A stretch of DNA of 64,000 bases from Patescibacteria group bacterium (GCA_038065315.1 JBBTRF010000001.1:97642-161641), one strand, 5' to 3'; positions 35,872-45,845 are shown, counted from the first letter of the stretch. Numbers and translations: made by a program. The notes: generated from the sequence alone by a model not told the origin.

Positions 35872-36810
35872 TTACAGCCACCTCTTGTATTTAAAGAAGC
35901 CGAGGAGGCCAAGCGAGCAGGCGATGATAACAGTCAAAGTGATCGCATAGTTGCCAGCCGCGGCGAGGAAGGGGTTGGAGGCGAGGTCCAGCGTGAGGAC
36001 AGCGATGATGAGATCGACGGAGAAGATGATCGACGTGATGACGGTGAAGAATTTCATCACCTCGTTCTGTTTGGTACTCAAGAGGGAGTCGTTGGTCGAG
36101 CGGAGCTCTTCGAGCAGCTCGAATTGGCCGCGAATGACTTCTTCGATCTTGCCGTACTCGTCGATAAGGCGACGGACATGGGACTCGTATCCTTGGCCGA
36201 AAAAAGCCTCGCTCATCGCGCCATATGTGGTGAGGATGCTGCGGTGGTGGCCGAGCGTTTTTTTGAGATCAAGCAGCGAACGGCTCACGGTGGAGAGTTC
36301 GAATACCATTTCCTTCTCACGCTCGGCAAAAATATCTTCCTCAATGCGGATGAGTTGGTCGTCCATCGCGTCGAGCTCATCGCGTAGGGATTTGTAGATG
36401 CGCTCCATCATATAGAAGAAGATGTAGCCAGCGTGTTCACCCATTTCGCCCTTGTCGAGCACGGAATTGACCTCAAAGACCTTCGCAAAATGGTGCAACG
36501 GGTCGATGGTGTCGTATCGGGCAGTGATGATGACATCTTTCCCGATGAGAAAGTCGATCTCCTGGACGCGACCCTTGGTAAGCCCCCTTTTCTTGGTCCG
36601 TTGAGTGATGGCGGGGAAGTTGAGAACAAGGTAGAGGAATTCGGGAAACTTCTCGATGCGTGGCTTGAGGTTCGGGCTGAGCAATTCTTGTGCCACAAGT
36701 GGGTCAAGCCGATATTCCTCCATCACTTTCTTCACTTCATCTCGAGTGGGCGACTCGAGGTCGATCCAAGTGAGTTTTTTGTAGGTATAGGTGTTGATCA
36801 TTTCGGACAT
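35872..36810 (-). CDS. CorA-family divalent-cation transporter homologue lacking the GMN motif
   Basis: C-terminus NEVMKFFTVITSIIFSVDLIIAVLTLDLASNPF...FFKYKRWL aligns with the CorA NEVMK...YGMNF...KKKWL. The GMN position reads TLD. Start trimmed to the ATG at 36810. Confidence 0.6.
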   Translation of the reverse strand: MSEMINTYTYKKLTWIDLESPTRDEVKKVMEEYRLDPLVAQELLSPNLKPRIEKFPEFLYLVLNFPAITQRTKKRGLTKGRVQEIDFLIGKDVIITARYDTIDPLHHFAKVFEVNSVLDKGEMGEHAGYIFFYMMERIYKSLRDELDAMDDQLIRIEEDIFAEREKEMVFELSTVSRSLLDLKKTLGHHRSILTTYGAMSEAFFGQGYESHVRRLIDEYGKIEEVIRGQFELLEELRSTNDSLLSTKQNEVMKFFTVITSIIFSVDLIIAVLTLDLASNPFLAAAGNYAITLTVIIACSLGLLGFFKYKRWL

Positions 36811-36867
36811 TATACCGCGCCTTCTATTCGTTGACCACGGGTAGCGCATTTGCGATAATGTCTCGAC

Positions 36868-38133
36868 ATGAAAACATACAAAACAGTGGCAGCCTTCGCG
36901 AAAAGTCGAGTCGCGCTCGGTATCTATATTGCCCTCGTGCTGGTGGCGGTATTTGGTCTCGGCACATTGGCGGGCTATGCCAATCGACCAGAAGTGTCCA
37001 AGCTCACTGGCTTGCTCAATCGAGAAAATGAGATCTCGGATACTGCAGACTTCGAGACATTTTGGCGGGCGTGGCGGATTTTGAACGAAAAACACGTATC
37101 CTCAAAAGAAATTTTGCCTCAGGAGAAGGTCTGGGGTGCTATCGAGGGACTCGCGAGCGCTTTTAAGGATCCATACACCGTCTTTATGCCACCAGTAGAG
37201 GCGAAAGACTTTGACAGTCAGGTGAGCGGCGTTTTTGGTGGGGTTGGTATGGAGATTGGTCTGAAAGACAACATTGTCACTGTCATCACACCACTCAAAG
37301 GATCTCCGGCGGAGAAGGCGGGGATGCGAAGTGGGGATAAAGTGCTCGAGATCAACGGTAAGATCACTTCGGGGATGTCCACTGAAGATGCGGTGCATTT
37401 GATCCGCGGCGAAGTGGGCACTCTGGCGAAGCTCCTCGTATTCCGACAGGGTCGCAAGCTGCCTTTTGAGGTGGAGATCACCCGCGCAGTCATCCAGATT
37501 CCGACTATCGATACCGAGAAGCGAGCCGATGGGATATTTGTCATCCGTCTCTACAACTTCTCCGCACCGTCGGCCAATCTATTTCGGGAAGCGTTGCAGG
37601 AGTTTGTCGATTCCGGTCTCAATAAGCTTATCCTCGACTTGCGTGGCAACCCCGGCGGCTATCTCGATGCTGCAGCAGACATGGCGAGCTGGTTTTTGCC
37701 AAAAGGAACATTGATCGTGCGTGAAAACTATGGCGAGAAGCAGGTGGAGGATACGCTGCGCAGCTCTGGATATGATGTGTTTGCCGATAAACCGATTAAA
37801 ATGGTGATTTTGGTGAATGGCGGCTCGGCTTCAGCCTCAGAAATTTTGGCAGGCGCTCTCAGCGAGCATGGCGTGGCAAAATTGGTGGGTACGCAGACTT
37901 TCGGCAAGGGATCGGTACAGGAATTGATCAAGCTCACCAGCGACACCAATTTGAAGGTGACAATTGCGAAGTGGTATACCCCGAACGGCGTGTCGATTTC
38001 AGAGAAAGGCATCTCGCCAGACTATGTAGTTGACTTAACCGAAGAGGACGTGAATAATCAAAGGGATCCTCAAATGGACAAGGCGGTGCAGGTGCTCTTC
38101 GGCAAGGCTGGTGCGCCGACCGCGAAGAAATAG
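36868..38133 (+). CDS. C-terminal processing peptidase (S41, Ctp)
   Basis: N-terminal TM, PDZ domain, LILDLRGNPGGYLD and GGSASASEILAG S41 catalytic motifs. Confidence 0.85.
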   Translation: MKTYKTVAAFAKSRVALGIYIALVLVAVFGLGTLAGYANRPEVSKLTGLLNRENEISDTADFETFWRAWRILNEKHVSSKEILPQEKVWGAIEGLASAFKDPYTVFMPPVEAKDFDSQVSGVFGGVGMEIGLKDNIVTVITPLKGSPAEKAGMRSGDKVLEINGKITSGMSTEDAVHLIRGEVGTLAKLLVFRQGRKLPFEVEITRAVIQIPTIDTEKRADGIFVIRLYNFSAPSANLFREALQEFVDSGLNKLILDLRGNPGGYLDAAADMASWFLPKGTLIVRENYGEKQVEDTLRSSGYDVFADKPIKMVILVNGGSASASEILAGALSEHGVAKLVGTQTFGKGSVQELIKLTSDTNLKVTIAKWYTPNGVSISEKGISPDYVVDLTEEDVNNQRDPQMDKAVQVLFGKAGAPTAKK

Positions 38134-38173
38134 AGAAAGTCTCAAGTATTTATAAAAATAATCTAACATCCGT

Positions 38174-38614
38174 ATGAAAGTTGTACTCCTGAAAGATGTG
38201 CCGAAACTCGGCAAGAAGTTCGAAATCAAGAATGTGGCCGACGGCCACGCGCTCAACAGCCTCATTCCTCAAGGTTTGGTGGCGGTTGCGACTGATGCAG
38301 TGGTGAAGCGTTCCGAGGCGGAGAAGGCCGTCATCGCCGACAAGCGCAAGAAAGAAGAAGCTGAGCTTGTGAAGAATCTCGACGCCGTGAAGGCTCTCCA
38401 ACTGCAGATTGTTGCGAAAGCCAATCCAAAGGGTCACCTGTTCTCATCGATTCACAAGGCCGAGATCGCCGCAGAGATCCGCAAGGCGGGTATCGCTATC
38501 GACGCTGAATTCATCTCTCTCGACAAGCCGATTAAGGAAGTGGGTGAACACACCATCGAGATTGTGGCAGGAGGCAAGTCTGCGAAGTGCAAGCTGGTGA
38601 TTGTGGCGGCGTAA
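38174..38614 (+). CDS. rplI: 50S ribosomal protein L9
   Basis: [36 protein letters not shown] bL9 N-domain. Confidence 0.9.
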   Translation: MKVVLLKDVPKLGKKFEIKNVADGHALNSLIPQGLVAVATDAVVKRSEAEKAVIADKRKKEEAELVKNLDAVKALQLQIVAKANPKGHLFSSIHKAEIAAEIRKAGIAIDAEFISLDKPIKEVGEHTIEIVAGGKSAKCKLVIVAA

Positions 38615-38735
38615 GATTGCCTCGCTAGAGGTATCCTGCGGAGAAAAAAGCATAGTGCGGATTTGTCATACTTTCCTCATACTTTTGTATGACAAATCCG
38701 CATCTACAAAAAAACAGCGCGCCGCCAGTTGCAAC

Positions 38736-38770
38736 AAAAAACAGCCTCATTTTGAGAGGCTGTTTTTTGT
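38736..38770. terminator. bidirectional rho-independent terminator between rplI (+) and rpmA (-)
   Basis: aaaaaacagcctc-attttga-gaggctgttttttgtg. Confidence 0.6.
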
Positions 38771-38785
38771 GTCTGCTCCGTTATC

Positions 38786-39058
38786 TTAAATTACGTTAAC
38801 GACTTTTTTAACCGCATTGCTGCCGTCAAAGTTGATCTTTCGCTTGCTTGAAAAAGCTACCTTGCCTTCCTTGATTGCGAAAATAGTGTGGTCCTTGCCA
38901 GTTTCGGTGCCCTTGCCCGCGAGGATGCGGGTGCCGCGCTGTCGTACGATGATCGAGCCCACTGAAGCCTTTTCACCAGCAAAAAGCTTAATACCGAGGT
39001 ATTTTGGGTTCGAATCTCTGAGGTTTTTGGCCGATCCCGCGGCCTTTTTGGTTGCCAT
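38786..39058 (-). CDS. rpmA: 50S ribosomal protein L27
   Basis: MATKKAAGSAKNLRDSNPKYLGIKLFAGE...IIVRQRGTR bL27; 90 aa. Confidence 0.9.
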   Translation of the reverse strand: MATKKAAGSAKNLRDSNPKYLGIKLFAGEKASVGSIIVRQRGTRILAGKGTETGKDHTIFAIKEGKVAFSSKRKINFDGSNAVKKVVNVI

Positions 39059-39167
39059 AGTAGCTTATAATTTGTTATGTAATTTAGATTGTGAGTATAC
39101 CGAAAGAAGCCGAAAAAGGCAAGGAATGGGGTGGGGAAGGGCGAATTACGAGCACTTTTCGGCCGTT

Positions 39168-39623
39168 TTATCGCCCCATCCGGCAGATCTCCTCGAAATG
39201 CTTCGCCAAAAGCGGCTGCATAGAGAGCCGACTGCCCACCTGGGTCAAAGGAATGCCTTTGAGCTTGGGATTGGCCTTGATCGCGCCAATCGGCACCGGC
39301 TGGGCGAATTTCTCAACAAAGGCCATATCCACCTGCATCCAGATCGGACTTTCGGCGCTCGCCTTCGGGTCGTAGTGATCGTCTTTTGGGTCAAGGGCTG
39401 TTGAGTCGGCATATGGAGTGCTCGCCACATGCGCTACACCCACCGCTGATGGGGGATTGGTACTTGAGTGATAGAAGATCACGAGGTCGTCCACTTGCAT
39501 GCTGTCGCGCATGAAGTTACGTGCCTGATAGTTGCGAATGCCGCTCCAACCCGTCTTTTTGTCGCGCCGCAAGTCCTCGATCGAGTAGCATGTCGGCTCG
39601 CTTTTGATTAACCAGTATTGCAT
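39168..39623 (-). CDS. EVE-domain (PUA-like, DUF55) protein
   Basis: MQYWLIKSEPTCYSIEDL...WSGIRNYQARNFMRDSMQVDDLVIFYHS...VGVAHV EVE signature. Confidence 0.75.
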   Translation of the reverse strand: MQYWLIKSEPTCYSIEDLRRDKKTGWSGIRNYQARNFMRDSMQVDDLVIFYHSSTNPPSAVGVAHVASTPYADSTALDPKDDHYDPKASAESPIWMQVDMAFVEKFAQPVPIGAIKANPKLKGIPLTQVGSRLSMQPLLAKHFEEICRMGR

Positions 39624-39664
39624 TGTGGCGTGTCTGAGGCAGGGGCTTTGCTGTTGGCTACGAG

Positions 39665-40672
39665 CTATTTTCTTTTTCCCAATGCCACCAAGCCATATCC
39701 CGCTGCGAGCAGCGCGATGCCGGCAAAGATGAGGGCGATTGGCCAGCCAAGACTATCGACAAAGTATTCACTGGTAAATCGGATGATGAGGATGAAGACA
39801 AAAAGCGCGCTGGTTTTGAGCAGGGTGCGGTTGCCACTTCGGCTTGCCAAATAGAGGCCGCCGAGGACCGCGAGCACGCTCACGAACTCCCAAAGGAAGC
39901 TCTGTTCTGGACTCCAGCCGCTCAACGCAATTAGTGCACCTAGAATGCCAGCGGCGCCGAAGAAGGTGAGGAAGCGGTCGAAGGCTCGCTCGTCGCGCGC
40001 TTCAACAGTTTCGGTGCCGCGTCGGCCGCTCAGTGTCGATTGGATTAACAGGTACGCTGTACCGAGAGCGATGGTGACGTATTCGTAGGTATCTTCGAAT
40101 AGGTTGGCACTACCAGAGATGTCCAAAAAGTAGCCCACTGCCGCGTAGATAGTGCAGGTTGCGAAGACGAGTGTGAAGAAGGCAAATTCTACCCCACGGA
40201 AAATGAAGAGGGAAGCGCCGTAGATGGCGGTGAGTAGTAGGCAGATGGTGGTCGACCAGCCGAAGGTGGCGTAGTCGATCCCGGCCGTATCAAGCGATAC
40301 AAACATGCCGATCGGCGCCAAAATACCACTTACAAAGAAGAGGATACGGCTAATCTTCCCGTGGTCAGCATCGCCGCGGAGCAACGCGCCTGCGATGTAG
40401 GCTGCAGCTGCTAGGCCAAGAGTGATTGCGATACGAACCGCACCGTTGAGATCGTCCCAGAATCGGAAGACAAATGAGCCAATGCCGGCGATGAGCACCA
40501 GAGCCCCAATGCCGTAGAGGATCGAGGTGGCAGTGATGCGGTGGCCGCTCGATGCCGATAAGTCAGTCGCATTACCCGTTTGCGCCTGGAGCACGGCCTG
40601 GATTTCGCTTGCTGATACGGTACCCGCCGCGATTTGTCGAGAAATGAGGTCTAGAAGCGATTGTTTGTCCAT
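39665..40672 (-). CDS. polytopic membrane protein, function unknown
   Basis: ~335 aa with 9-10 TM helices. Start trimmed to MDKQSLLDLISRQ at 40672. Confidence 0.45.
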   Translation of the reverse strand: MDKQSLLDLISRQIAAGTVSASEIQAVLQAQTGNATDLSASSGHRITATSILYGIGALVLIAGIGSFVFRFWDDLNGAVRIAITLGLAAAAYIAGALLRGDADHGKISRILFFVSGILAPIGMFVSLDTAGIDYATFGWSTTICLLLTAIYGASLFIFRGVEFAFFTLVFATCTIYAAVGYFLDISGSANLFEDTYEYVTIALGTAYLLIQSTLSGRRGTETVEARDERAFDRFLTFFGAAGILGALIALSGWSPEQSFLWEFVSVLAVLGGLYLASRSGNRTLLKTSALFVFILIIRFTSEYFVDSLGWPIALIFAGIALLAAGYGLVALGKRK

Positions 40673-40695
40673 AAAAGTGTACGTATAATAAAAAA

Positions 40696-41283
40696 TTATA
40701 ATCTGAGGTATTCTACCCAGCTGATCAATCGGAACCCATTGGCGTAATCGTAGTAGGTGTTTGGTGAAGCTGAATTGCGGATAGTGATCTCTTTGTTCCA
40801 CGTGCCATTCTTCAAGTACAGACTGTTGTAGTTGTAGCGATAGCCACCGCCGAAGAGTTCGCCGAAGAGGCCGCCGTGGCCGCCGTAGTTGTTCGAGACG
40901 CTCGTGCCATCTGGAGCTGAACCGTCGCCGGTGAGCTTGCCAAGAGAGTTTGCCCGCTCAAAACTGATCTCGCTAAAGGTGTCGGACGCTGCTTGGTAGA
41001 GGTAGAGCTTCGGGTAGTGTGGATCGGCCGTTTTTACATCTACCGGAGGGGTAGGGAGGGGATTTTTCTTCAGGACGCCAAAGGTGTTGGGTGAAGCATC
41101 GGCCAAAGAATAGGGAACCCAACCATTGCAGTAATAGTTGCAGCCGGATTCGATAGTGTAGATGAAGTCGTACTTAGGAGTAAAAAAGAGGCGAGGGAGA
41201 AGCACTGAACCGATGATGAATAAAAGGATGAGTACCGGGAGGGCACCCGCGATGACGATCTTGGTTTGGTTGTTCATTGACAC
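40696..41283 (-). CDS. secreted/membrane-anchored Gly/Tyr-rich hypothetical protein
   Basis: N-terminal TM, CNYYCNGW Cys motif, GGHGGLFGELFGGGYRYNYN low-complexity tail. Confidence 0.4.
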   Translation of the reverse strand: MSMNNQTKIVIAGALPVLILLFIIGSVLLPRLFFTPKYDFIYTIESGCNYYCNGWVPYSLADASPNTFGVLKKNPLPTPPVDVKTADPHYPKLYLYQAASDTFSEISFERANSLGKLTGDGSAPDGTSVSNNYGGHGGLFGELFGGGYRYNYNSLYLKNGTWNKEITIRNSASPNTYYDYANGFRLISWVEYLRL

Positions 41284-41307
41284 AGTATACGCCTAAAGGG
41301 CGGCCAC

Positions 41308-41335
41308 GGCAAAACAAAAACGCCCTTTTGGGCGC
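41308..41335 (-). terminator. rho-independent terminator downstream of the DUF378 gene (minus strand)
   Basis: On the minus strand: gcgcccaaaagggcg followed by tttttgttttg. Confidence 0.5.
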
Positions 41336-41359
41336 CTTTGTCGATTGCTGCCAAGCGGC

Positions 41360-41608
41360 TTACGCTGCTGGAGCGTCTGCCTTGCAAGTTGAGCACTTGC
41401 ACTTTACGAGCTTGACGACTGCTGCGACGCCAACAAGTACGTAGACGATCGCTTCTACGGTTTCCCACTTGCCCAAGAGCATCTTCACTACGTTCCAAGC
41501 GTCTCCGCTTGAGCCAAAAAGCATACCGAGACCGACGAGACCCCAGTTGAGGGCACCGATGATCACGAGCACATAGGCTACCTTGGTTACTGAACATCCT
41601 GAATTCAT
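41360..41608 (-). CDS. DUF378-domain small membrane protein
   Basis: VAYVLVIIGALNWGLVGL...IVYVLVGVAAV DUF378 (two-TM) signature. Start trimmed to the ATG at 41608. Confidence 0.6.
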   Translation of the reverse strand: MNSGCSVTKVAYVLVIIGALNWGLVGLGMLFGSSGDAWNVVKMLLGKWETVEAIVYVLVGVAAVVKLVKCKCSTCKADAPAA

Positions 41609-41952
41609 ATGTTTGTATGATAAAAAGTGAATAAAATACGACCTTTTCCTAGGCAAAGTATAGCATTTTTGCTGGTGCGGCGGTTTTTTGGCAAGGCAAA
41701 ACTGGGGAAAACGGAACGGTAGGGCGAAAAAGGTGCCCAGATCGAAAAAGCACTCAATTATGGCTCAAAACAAGGCTGAAATCAGACCGTCAATTTTGGT
41801 CGCGGTCAAGTAAAAAACCCTTATTTTAAGCCATACTTTGAGGTTTGACAGCACCGATTATCCGTTGTCTGCTCTTGACAAAGTATATCCAAATGTGCTA
41901 GTATTATAGGGAATCAGAAAAGCTTCTGGTTTTTTGTTTCCCCCTCAAAACT

Positions 41953-42462
41953 ATGTTTCAACTTTCCACAATCATCGTATCCCTCCTCACCGCGGCCTCT
42001 ATCCAGGGTGCGAATATTTCTAGTTCTAGCTTCGCACTCGCTCAGCAAAATACCTCTACGACCAGCGGTCTGGCAAAGGAGATCACTCTAGTGAGCGCTA
42101 TGCAACTCGAAATTCCTCAGTCTGCTAAGCAGTCTGATACAGAGCTCAAGGTGCGAGCCTATTTTTCCGATATTCCGGTTCTGATCGAGGTCGCACGTTG
42201 CGAGTCGCAGTTCCGCCATACCGACAAGAGTGGTAATCTTCTCCGTGGTACCATCACCTCCGACGACCTCGGTGTGATGCAGATCAATGAGTACTATCAC
42301 GGCGACAGCGCGAAGAAGCTTGATCTCGACATTACCTCTTTGAACGGCAACATGGAATACGCTCGTCACCTGTACGAGAAGTACGGCTCCGAACCATGGA
42401 ATGCTTCGTCGAAGTGTTGGAAGAAGCCGACCCCAGGTCTCCTTGCTGCCAAGAAGATCTAA
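41953..42462 (+). CDS. secreted lysozyme-like / SLT-type transglycosylase-like protein
   Basis: Signal peptide; VARCESQFRH...LGVMQINEYYH resembles the SLT catalytic ES...GLMQI motif. Terminator hairpin at 42505-42535. Confidence 0.5.
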   Translation: MFQLSTIIVSLLTAASIQGANISSSSFALAQQNTSTTSGLAKEITLVSAMQLEIPQSAKQSDTELKVRAYFSDIPVLIEVARCESQFRHTDKSGNLLRGTITSDDLGVMQINEYYHGDSAKKLDLDITSLNGNMEYARHLYEKYGSEPWNASSKCWKKPTPGLLAAKKI

Positions 42463-42616
42463 GGGGCTGGTAGGGTAGGCAACTCCTTACTCTCGAACCT
42501 CCACAAAACCACCCGTTGAGGTGGTTTTGTTTTGGAAAGCAAAAGATTCGATCGATGTGTGTAAAATTGGACAAAATGCTCTAAGTCATATTTGTGGACA
42601 GTTAGCTGATAACAGT

Positions 42617-42690
42617 ACAAGTATAGAAAAGAGGCGATAGAGAAACTGCTAAGAAAGGTTCAAGAAAGCACTAATTTTCAATAAAGAAAT
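42617..42690 (+). repeat. copy A of a ~75-nt repeated intergenic element with tandem 22-nt direct repeat (GATAGAGAAAYTGCTAAGAAAR x2)
   Basis: ggacagt...GATAGAGAAACTGCTAAGAAAGgttcaagaaagcACTAATTTTCAATAAAG, ~80% identical to 51138-51205. Confidence 0.6.
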
Positions 42691-42897
42691 TCTAAAGTTT
42701 TTTGAGGCTGTTCTAGAGGGGGACCGATATAGACTATGTCGCACAATATATCTTTTCCGACATAGGCCCTGGAGGGGCCGAGGAGCGGCTGTGTGGCGAC
42801 TTCATGATCCATGAAATCAAATAAAAAAGCGCTCGATACTTCCCTGGCATTTAAGCCTGAGAAAATCGAGCGCGGATTTTTCTGCACTGTGCATGGA

Positions 42898-43518
42898 TCA
42901 CTTCCACCAGCGCTGATACATCAGGTCGACCAGCCAGTAGATCTGCCGGTTGAAGACAAATGCCATGCTGGATAGGACTAGGCCGCTGAGATACATCTTC
43001 GCGGACACTTCGCTGTTCACGTAGCCTAGGGCTCGCATATTGAACAGTGGAATGCTCATCATTGCGGAGGCTTGCAGAAAGAACACGAGCATCGGCCGCA
43101 ACGACACAATCTCCCAAGCCTTTTCCACGATGGCGGAGACAGAGTTGGTGGTCGGCGCGATGAGCGAGCCAATCAATGGGGTCAGGACATGATGCCTTTC
43201 AAGGAACCCTTGAATTTCTTTCCCGAAGAGGGTAGTGATGACTCCCCCGCCGGCCATCACGACAAACAGGAGGACTAGCAGCGGCATGAAGCTGCTCCAG
43301 AAGATCAGCGACCGACTTCCCCACTGGACGAAATCTTTTTTCTCGCCGAAGCAGCCGACGAGTGCGAAAATGATTGCGAGCATCAGCATGAGGGGGCCGT
43401 TTTGGATCCAAAAGCGGCGGTCAATGGTGAGCGGCACAATCCGAAGCAAGCCGGTCAGCAGGAGGACGAATCCGATGCCGACCAAGGCGAGATTTGCGGG
43501 TGTAATATTGGGTTTCAA
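42898..43518 (-). CDS. polytopic membrane protein, function unknown
   Basis: 206 aa, 5-6 TM; a hairpin with T-run lies downstream on the minus strand (42835-42890). Confidence 0.45.
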   Translation of the reverse strand: MKPNITPANLALVGIGFVLLLTGLLRIVPLTIDRRFWIQNGPLMLMLAIIFALVGCFGEKKDFVQWGSRSLIFWSSFMPLLVLLFVVMAGGGVITTLFGKEIQGFLERHHVLTPLIGSLIAPTTNSVSAIVEKAWEIVSLRPMLVFFLQASAMMSIPLFNMRALGYVNSEVSAKMYLSGLVLSSMAFVFNRQIYWLVDLMYQRWWK

Positions 43519-43685
43519 GCAAAAGCCTTTCGTTTCCAGCGGTTTGAGGACGTTTCAAAGGACCTTACAGATGATAGTTAAAAACGGTAGTCCTGTCACT
43601 TGACATATCTGTATAAATATGAAATAGTAGTGTTCGCTCAATACACCTCAACAGTTCCTTCCCACGCAGAAAAACACGCACATCT

Positions 43686-44135
43686 ATGCAAACAATGCAC
43701 TGGTTTCCGCTGTCACTTGTCGCCGGCCTCCTCATGGGTGTTGGTATGATTCTCGCCCGCACGGGCGCCTCCGGTATGCCGTCCTATATTTTTGTCGGCA
43801 TCCTCGGCCTGGTCTGGGCGGCTGGTTCAGGGGGCCTGGCCTACATGCGCCAGGAGCCTCTGCATATCGGCAAGATGGTCGTCGTTTTTGCGGTCCTCGC
43901 GGGCGCTTTCTTCTGGATGGAGAACATCCTCCGCTTCAACGCAGTCCCGAAGGCTCCGGTCACCGCATACGTCCTCTTGACTATTGAAGTCGTCGGGGTC
44001 TCGATCACGCTCATCTACGACTTTGTGCGCCTGTATCGGGCCGACAAGCTCGGCTCGATCAGTGCCTACGAAATCGGTGGCTTGATCCTCGGTGCCGCCT
44101 CGATCGCATTGTTCGGACTTGCGCCGAAGCATTGA
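43686..44135 (+). CDS. small 4-5 TM membrane protein, function unknown
   Basis: 149-aa hydrophobic ORF followed by a terminator at 44180-44210. Confidence 0.45.
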   Translation: MQTMHWFPLSLVAGLLMGVGMILARTGASGMPSYIFVGILGLVWAAGSGGLAYMRQEPLHIGKMVVVFAVLAGAFFWMENILRFNAVPKAPVTAYVLLTIEVVGVSITLIYDFVRLYRADKLGSISAYEIGGLILGAASIALFGLAPKH

Positions 44136-44179
44136 TTAAGACCCCAATCCCCTCGCCAATCGCGTAGGGCCAAAACTAA

Positions 44180-44210
44180 AGGGCAGAGAGAACCTCTGCC
44201 CTTTTTCTTT
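44180..44210 (+). terminator. rho-independent terminator
   Basis: gggcagag-agaac-ctctgccc followed by tttttcttt. Confidence 0.55.
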
Positions 44211-44216
44211 GCTTAG

Positions 44217-44492
44217 CTAGTTCCTCGCGACAGTCTCTAGTAGCGCAATCATCGGCAGTACTAGCTTGTCCCAAAAGATTCCGACGACAATGACATTCCA
44301 AACAAAGCTTGCAGGCGTCACCAAAAACGTATTCCAGACGTAGCTCAGGAAGTTCCAGATGTATGAGAAATTGGACTTTGAGGTGTCAGACTCCGCAATA
44401 TCTTTCAAATTGAAGCCAAAGTAGCTGAGGATTAAAATGGCAATGATAACCAAGATGATCATTTTGAGAAAACCGCGATTCGAGCCTTTCAT
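44217..44492 (-). CDS. small two-TM membrane protein
   Basis: 91-aa hydrophobic ORF upstream of, and co-directional with, the M23 peptidase gene. Confidence 0.3.
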   Translation of the reverse strand: MKGSNRGFLKMIILVIIAILILSYFGFNLKDIAESDTSKSNFSYIWNFLSYVWNTFLVTPASFVWNVIVVGIFWDKLVLPMIALLETVARN

Positions 44493-44513
44493 ACCGATAT
44501 TGTAACAAACTCC

Positions 44514-45845
44514 TTATAAATAAAGCAACGGATTCAAATACGCGCGCAGGTCGGCCACGGGCATGGTGTAGGTGCCGGCACAGACCTTGCTTTTGCGTTG
44601 GACGACCTGAACACCGTCGCTGGCGAGTACCGAAAAATGCAAATGCGCGCCAAAGGCGTAGCCGGTAGCGCCCGACAGCGAAATGGTCTCCCCTTTTGCA
44701 ACACGCTGATTTGCCGCCACGCGAATCACGGAGTTGTGTCCGTAGATAGTGGAGAGGCCGTTGTCGTGACGAATGAGGATCCATTTGCCATAGGAAGCGC
44801 CTTTGCAGACGAGATCGGTGTCGCCAGCACCCACCACGACGCCACTTTCTGCAGCTTTCACTGGTGTGCCGACGGCGCCGCGCAAGTCGATGCCGTTGTG
44901 GCCGTTGCCGTTGTACACTGCCCCAGCGGCTGTTTTAGAAAATTCGGTTTGGCCGAAATATTGTGTCACGAAGACCGTTTCCATCGGCCAACCGAGGACG
45001 CCTTTGCCGACCGTGGGCAGTTTACTGAGATCAATGGCAAATTTGAGTTGCGCTTCAAACGCGATGAGTTCGTCAGCGAAGGCTTTCTGCAGCGCTTCTT
45101 TCTGCGCGAGGATCTTGGCGTAGGTCGCCTCTTGATTTTTGGTCGCCGTGAGTAGGTTCGCTTTGTCTTTGCGATTGGCTTCTATAATCACTTTTTGGTC
45201 AGAAAGGTCGCGTTTCAAAGCAAGTAGGCGTTTCTGTTGGGCGGCGTTTTCAGTGCGCTTGTCTTGGAGCGCAGTGCGCAACTCCTTGAGATCATTCAAA
45301 TGAATCCGAATGCCGTTGCGAAGCTCAACAATACGCTCCGCCTCGTCCCATACTGCGGAAGTCTTTGGCGAGCTCAGTAGGGTCTCGAGTAAGCTGATCT
45401 GTTCTTTTTCATTTAGCGTCACGATACTTTCGTGGACAACATCCGTACTAACACCGATCTGCTTTTCCTTTTGTGCAATATCTTTGTCGAGTTGCTCGAT
45501 GACGAGATTTGTCGCTTCAATCTTTTTGCCGGTCAACAGAATATCCGCAGCAAGTTTTTTCTGAGTGAGGTCGAGTCCTTTGATCGTGTTCTGTAGGGTC
45601 GTCTTCTGCTTGCCTACCGTATCGAGCTGGGTTTTGTATTGAGCAATCTCGGCCTCGAGCTGTTTGATACTCTGGTTGCGCTCATCGATTTTTGATTGCA
45701 ATTCTTCAACCGAGGCAGCCGATACAATCGGTATGTTGTTTTTTGATGCGAAAAAATAGCCGAAAGCGAGCATGCAGGCAATCCCAAGTCCGGCAATACC
45801 AACATCGACGCCTAATTTACGCGCTGAGTAGAGTGATCGCATCAT
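44514..45845 (-). CDS. M23-family metallopeptidase with N-terminal coiled coil (EnvC-like murein hydrolase or activator)
   Basis: Long coiled coil, then GIDLRGAVGTPVKAAESGVVV...GHNS...TGYAFGAHLHFSV (the HxxxD / HxH M23 motifs). Confidence 0.8.
   Translation of the reverse strand: MMRSLYSARKLGVDVGIAGLGIACMLAFGYFFASKNNIPIVSAASVEELQSKIDERNQSIKQLEAEIAQYKTQLDTVGKQKTTLQNTIKGLDLTQKKLAADILLTGKKIEATNLVIEQLDKDIAQKEKQIGVSTDVVHESIVTLNEKEQISLLETLLSSPKTSAVWDEAERIVELRNGIRIHLNDLKELRTALQDKRTENAAQQKRLLALKRDLSDQKVIIEANRKDKANLLTATKNQEATYAKILAQKEALQKAFADELIAFEAQLKFAIDLSKLPTVGKGVLGWPMETVFVTQYFGQTEFSKTAAGAVYNGNGHNGIDLRGAVGTPVKAAESGVVVGAGDTDLVCKGASYGKWILIRHDNGLSTIYGHNSVIRVAANQRVAKGETISLSGATGYAFGAHLHFSVLASDGVQVVQRKSKVCAGTYTMPVADLRAYLNPLLYL

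Noticed and set aside
35821-36397. ORFs 35821-36387 and 35951-36397 on the + strand
   Set aside because: Antisense to the CorA-like gene, whose C-terminus aligns convincingly to CorA.
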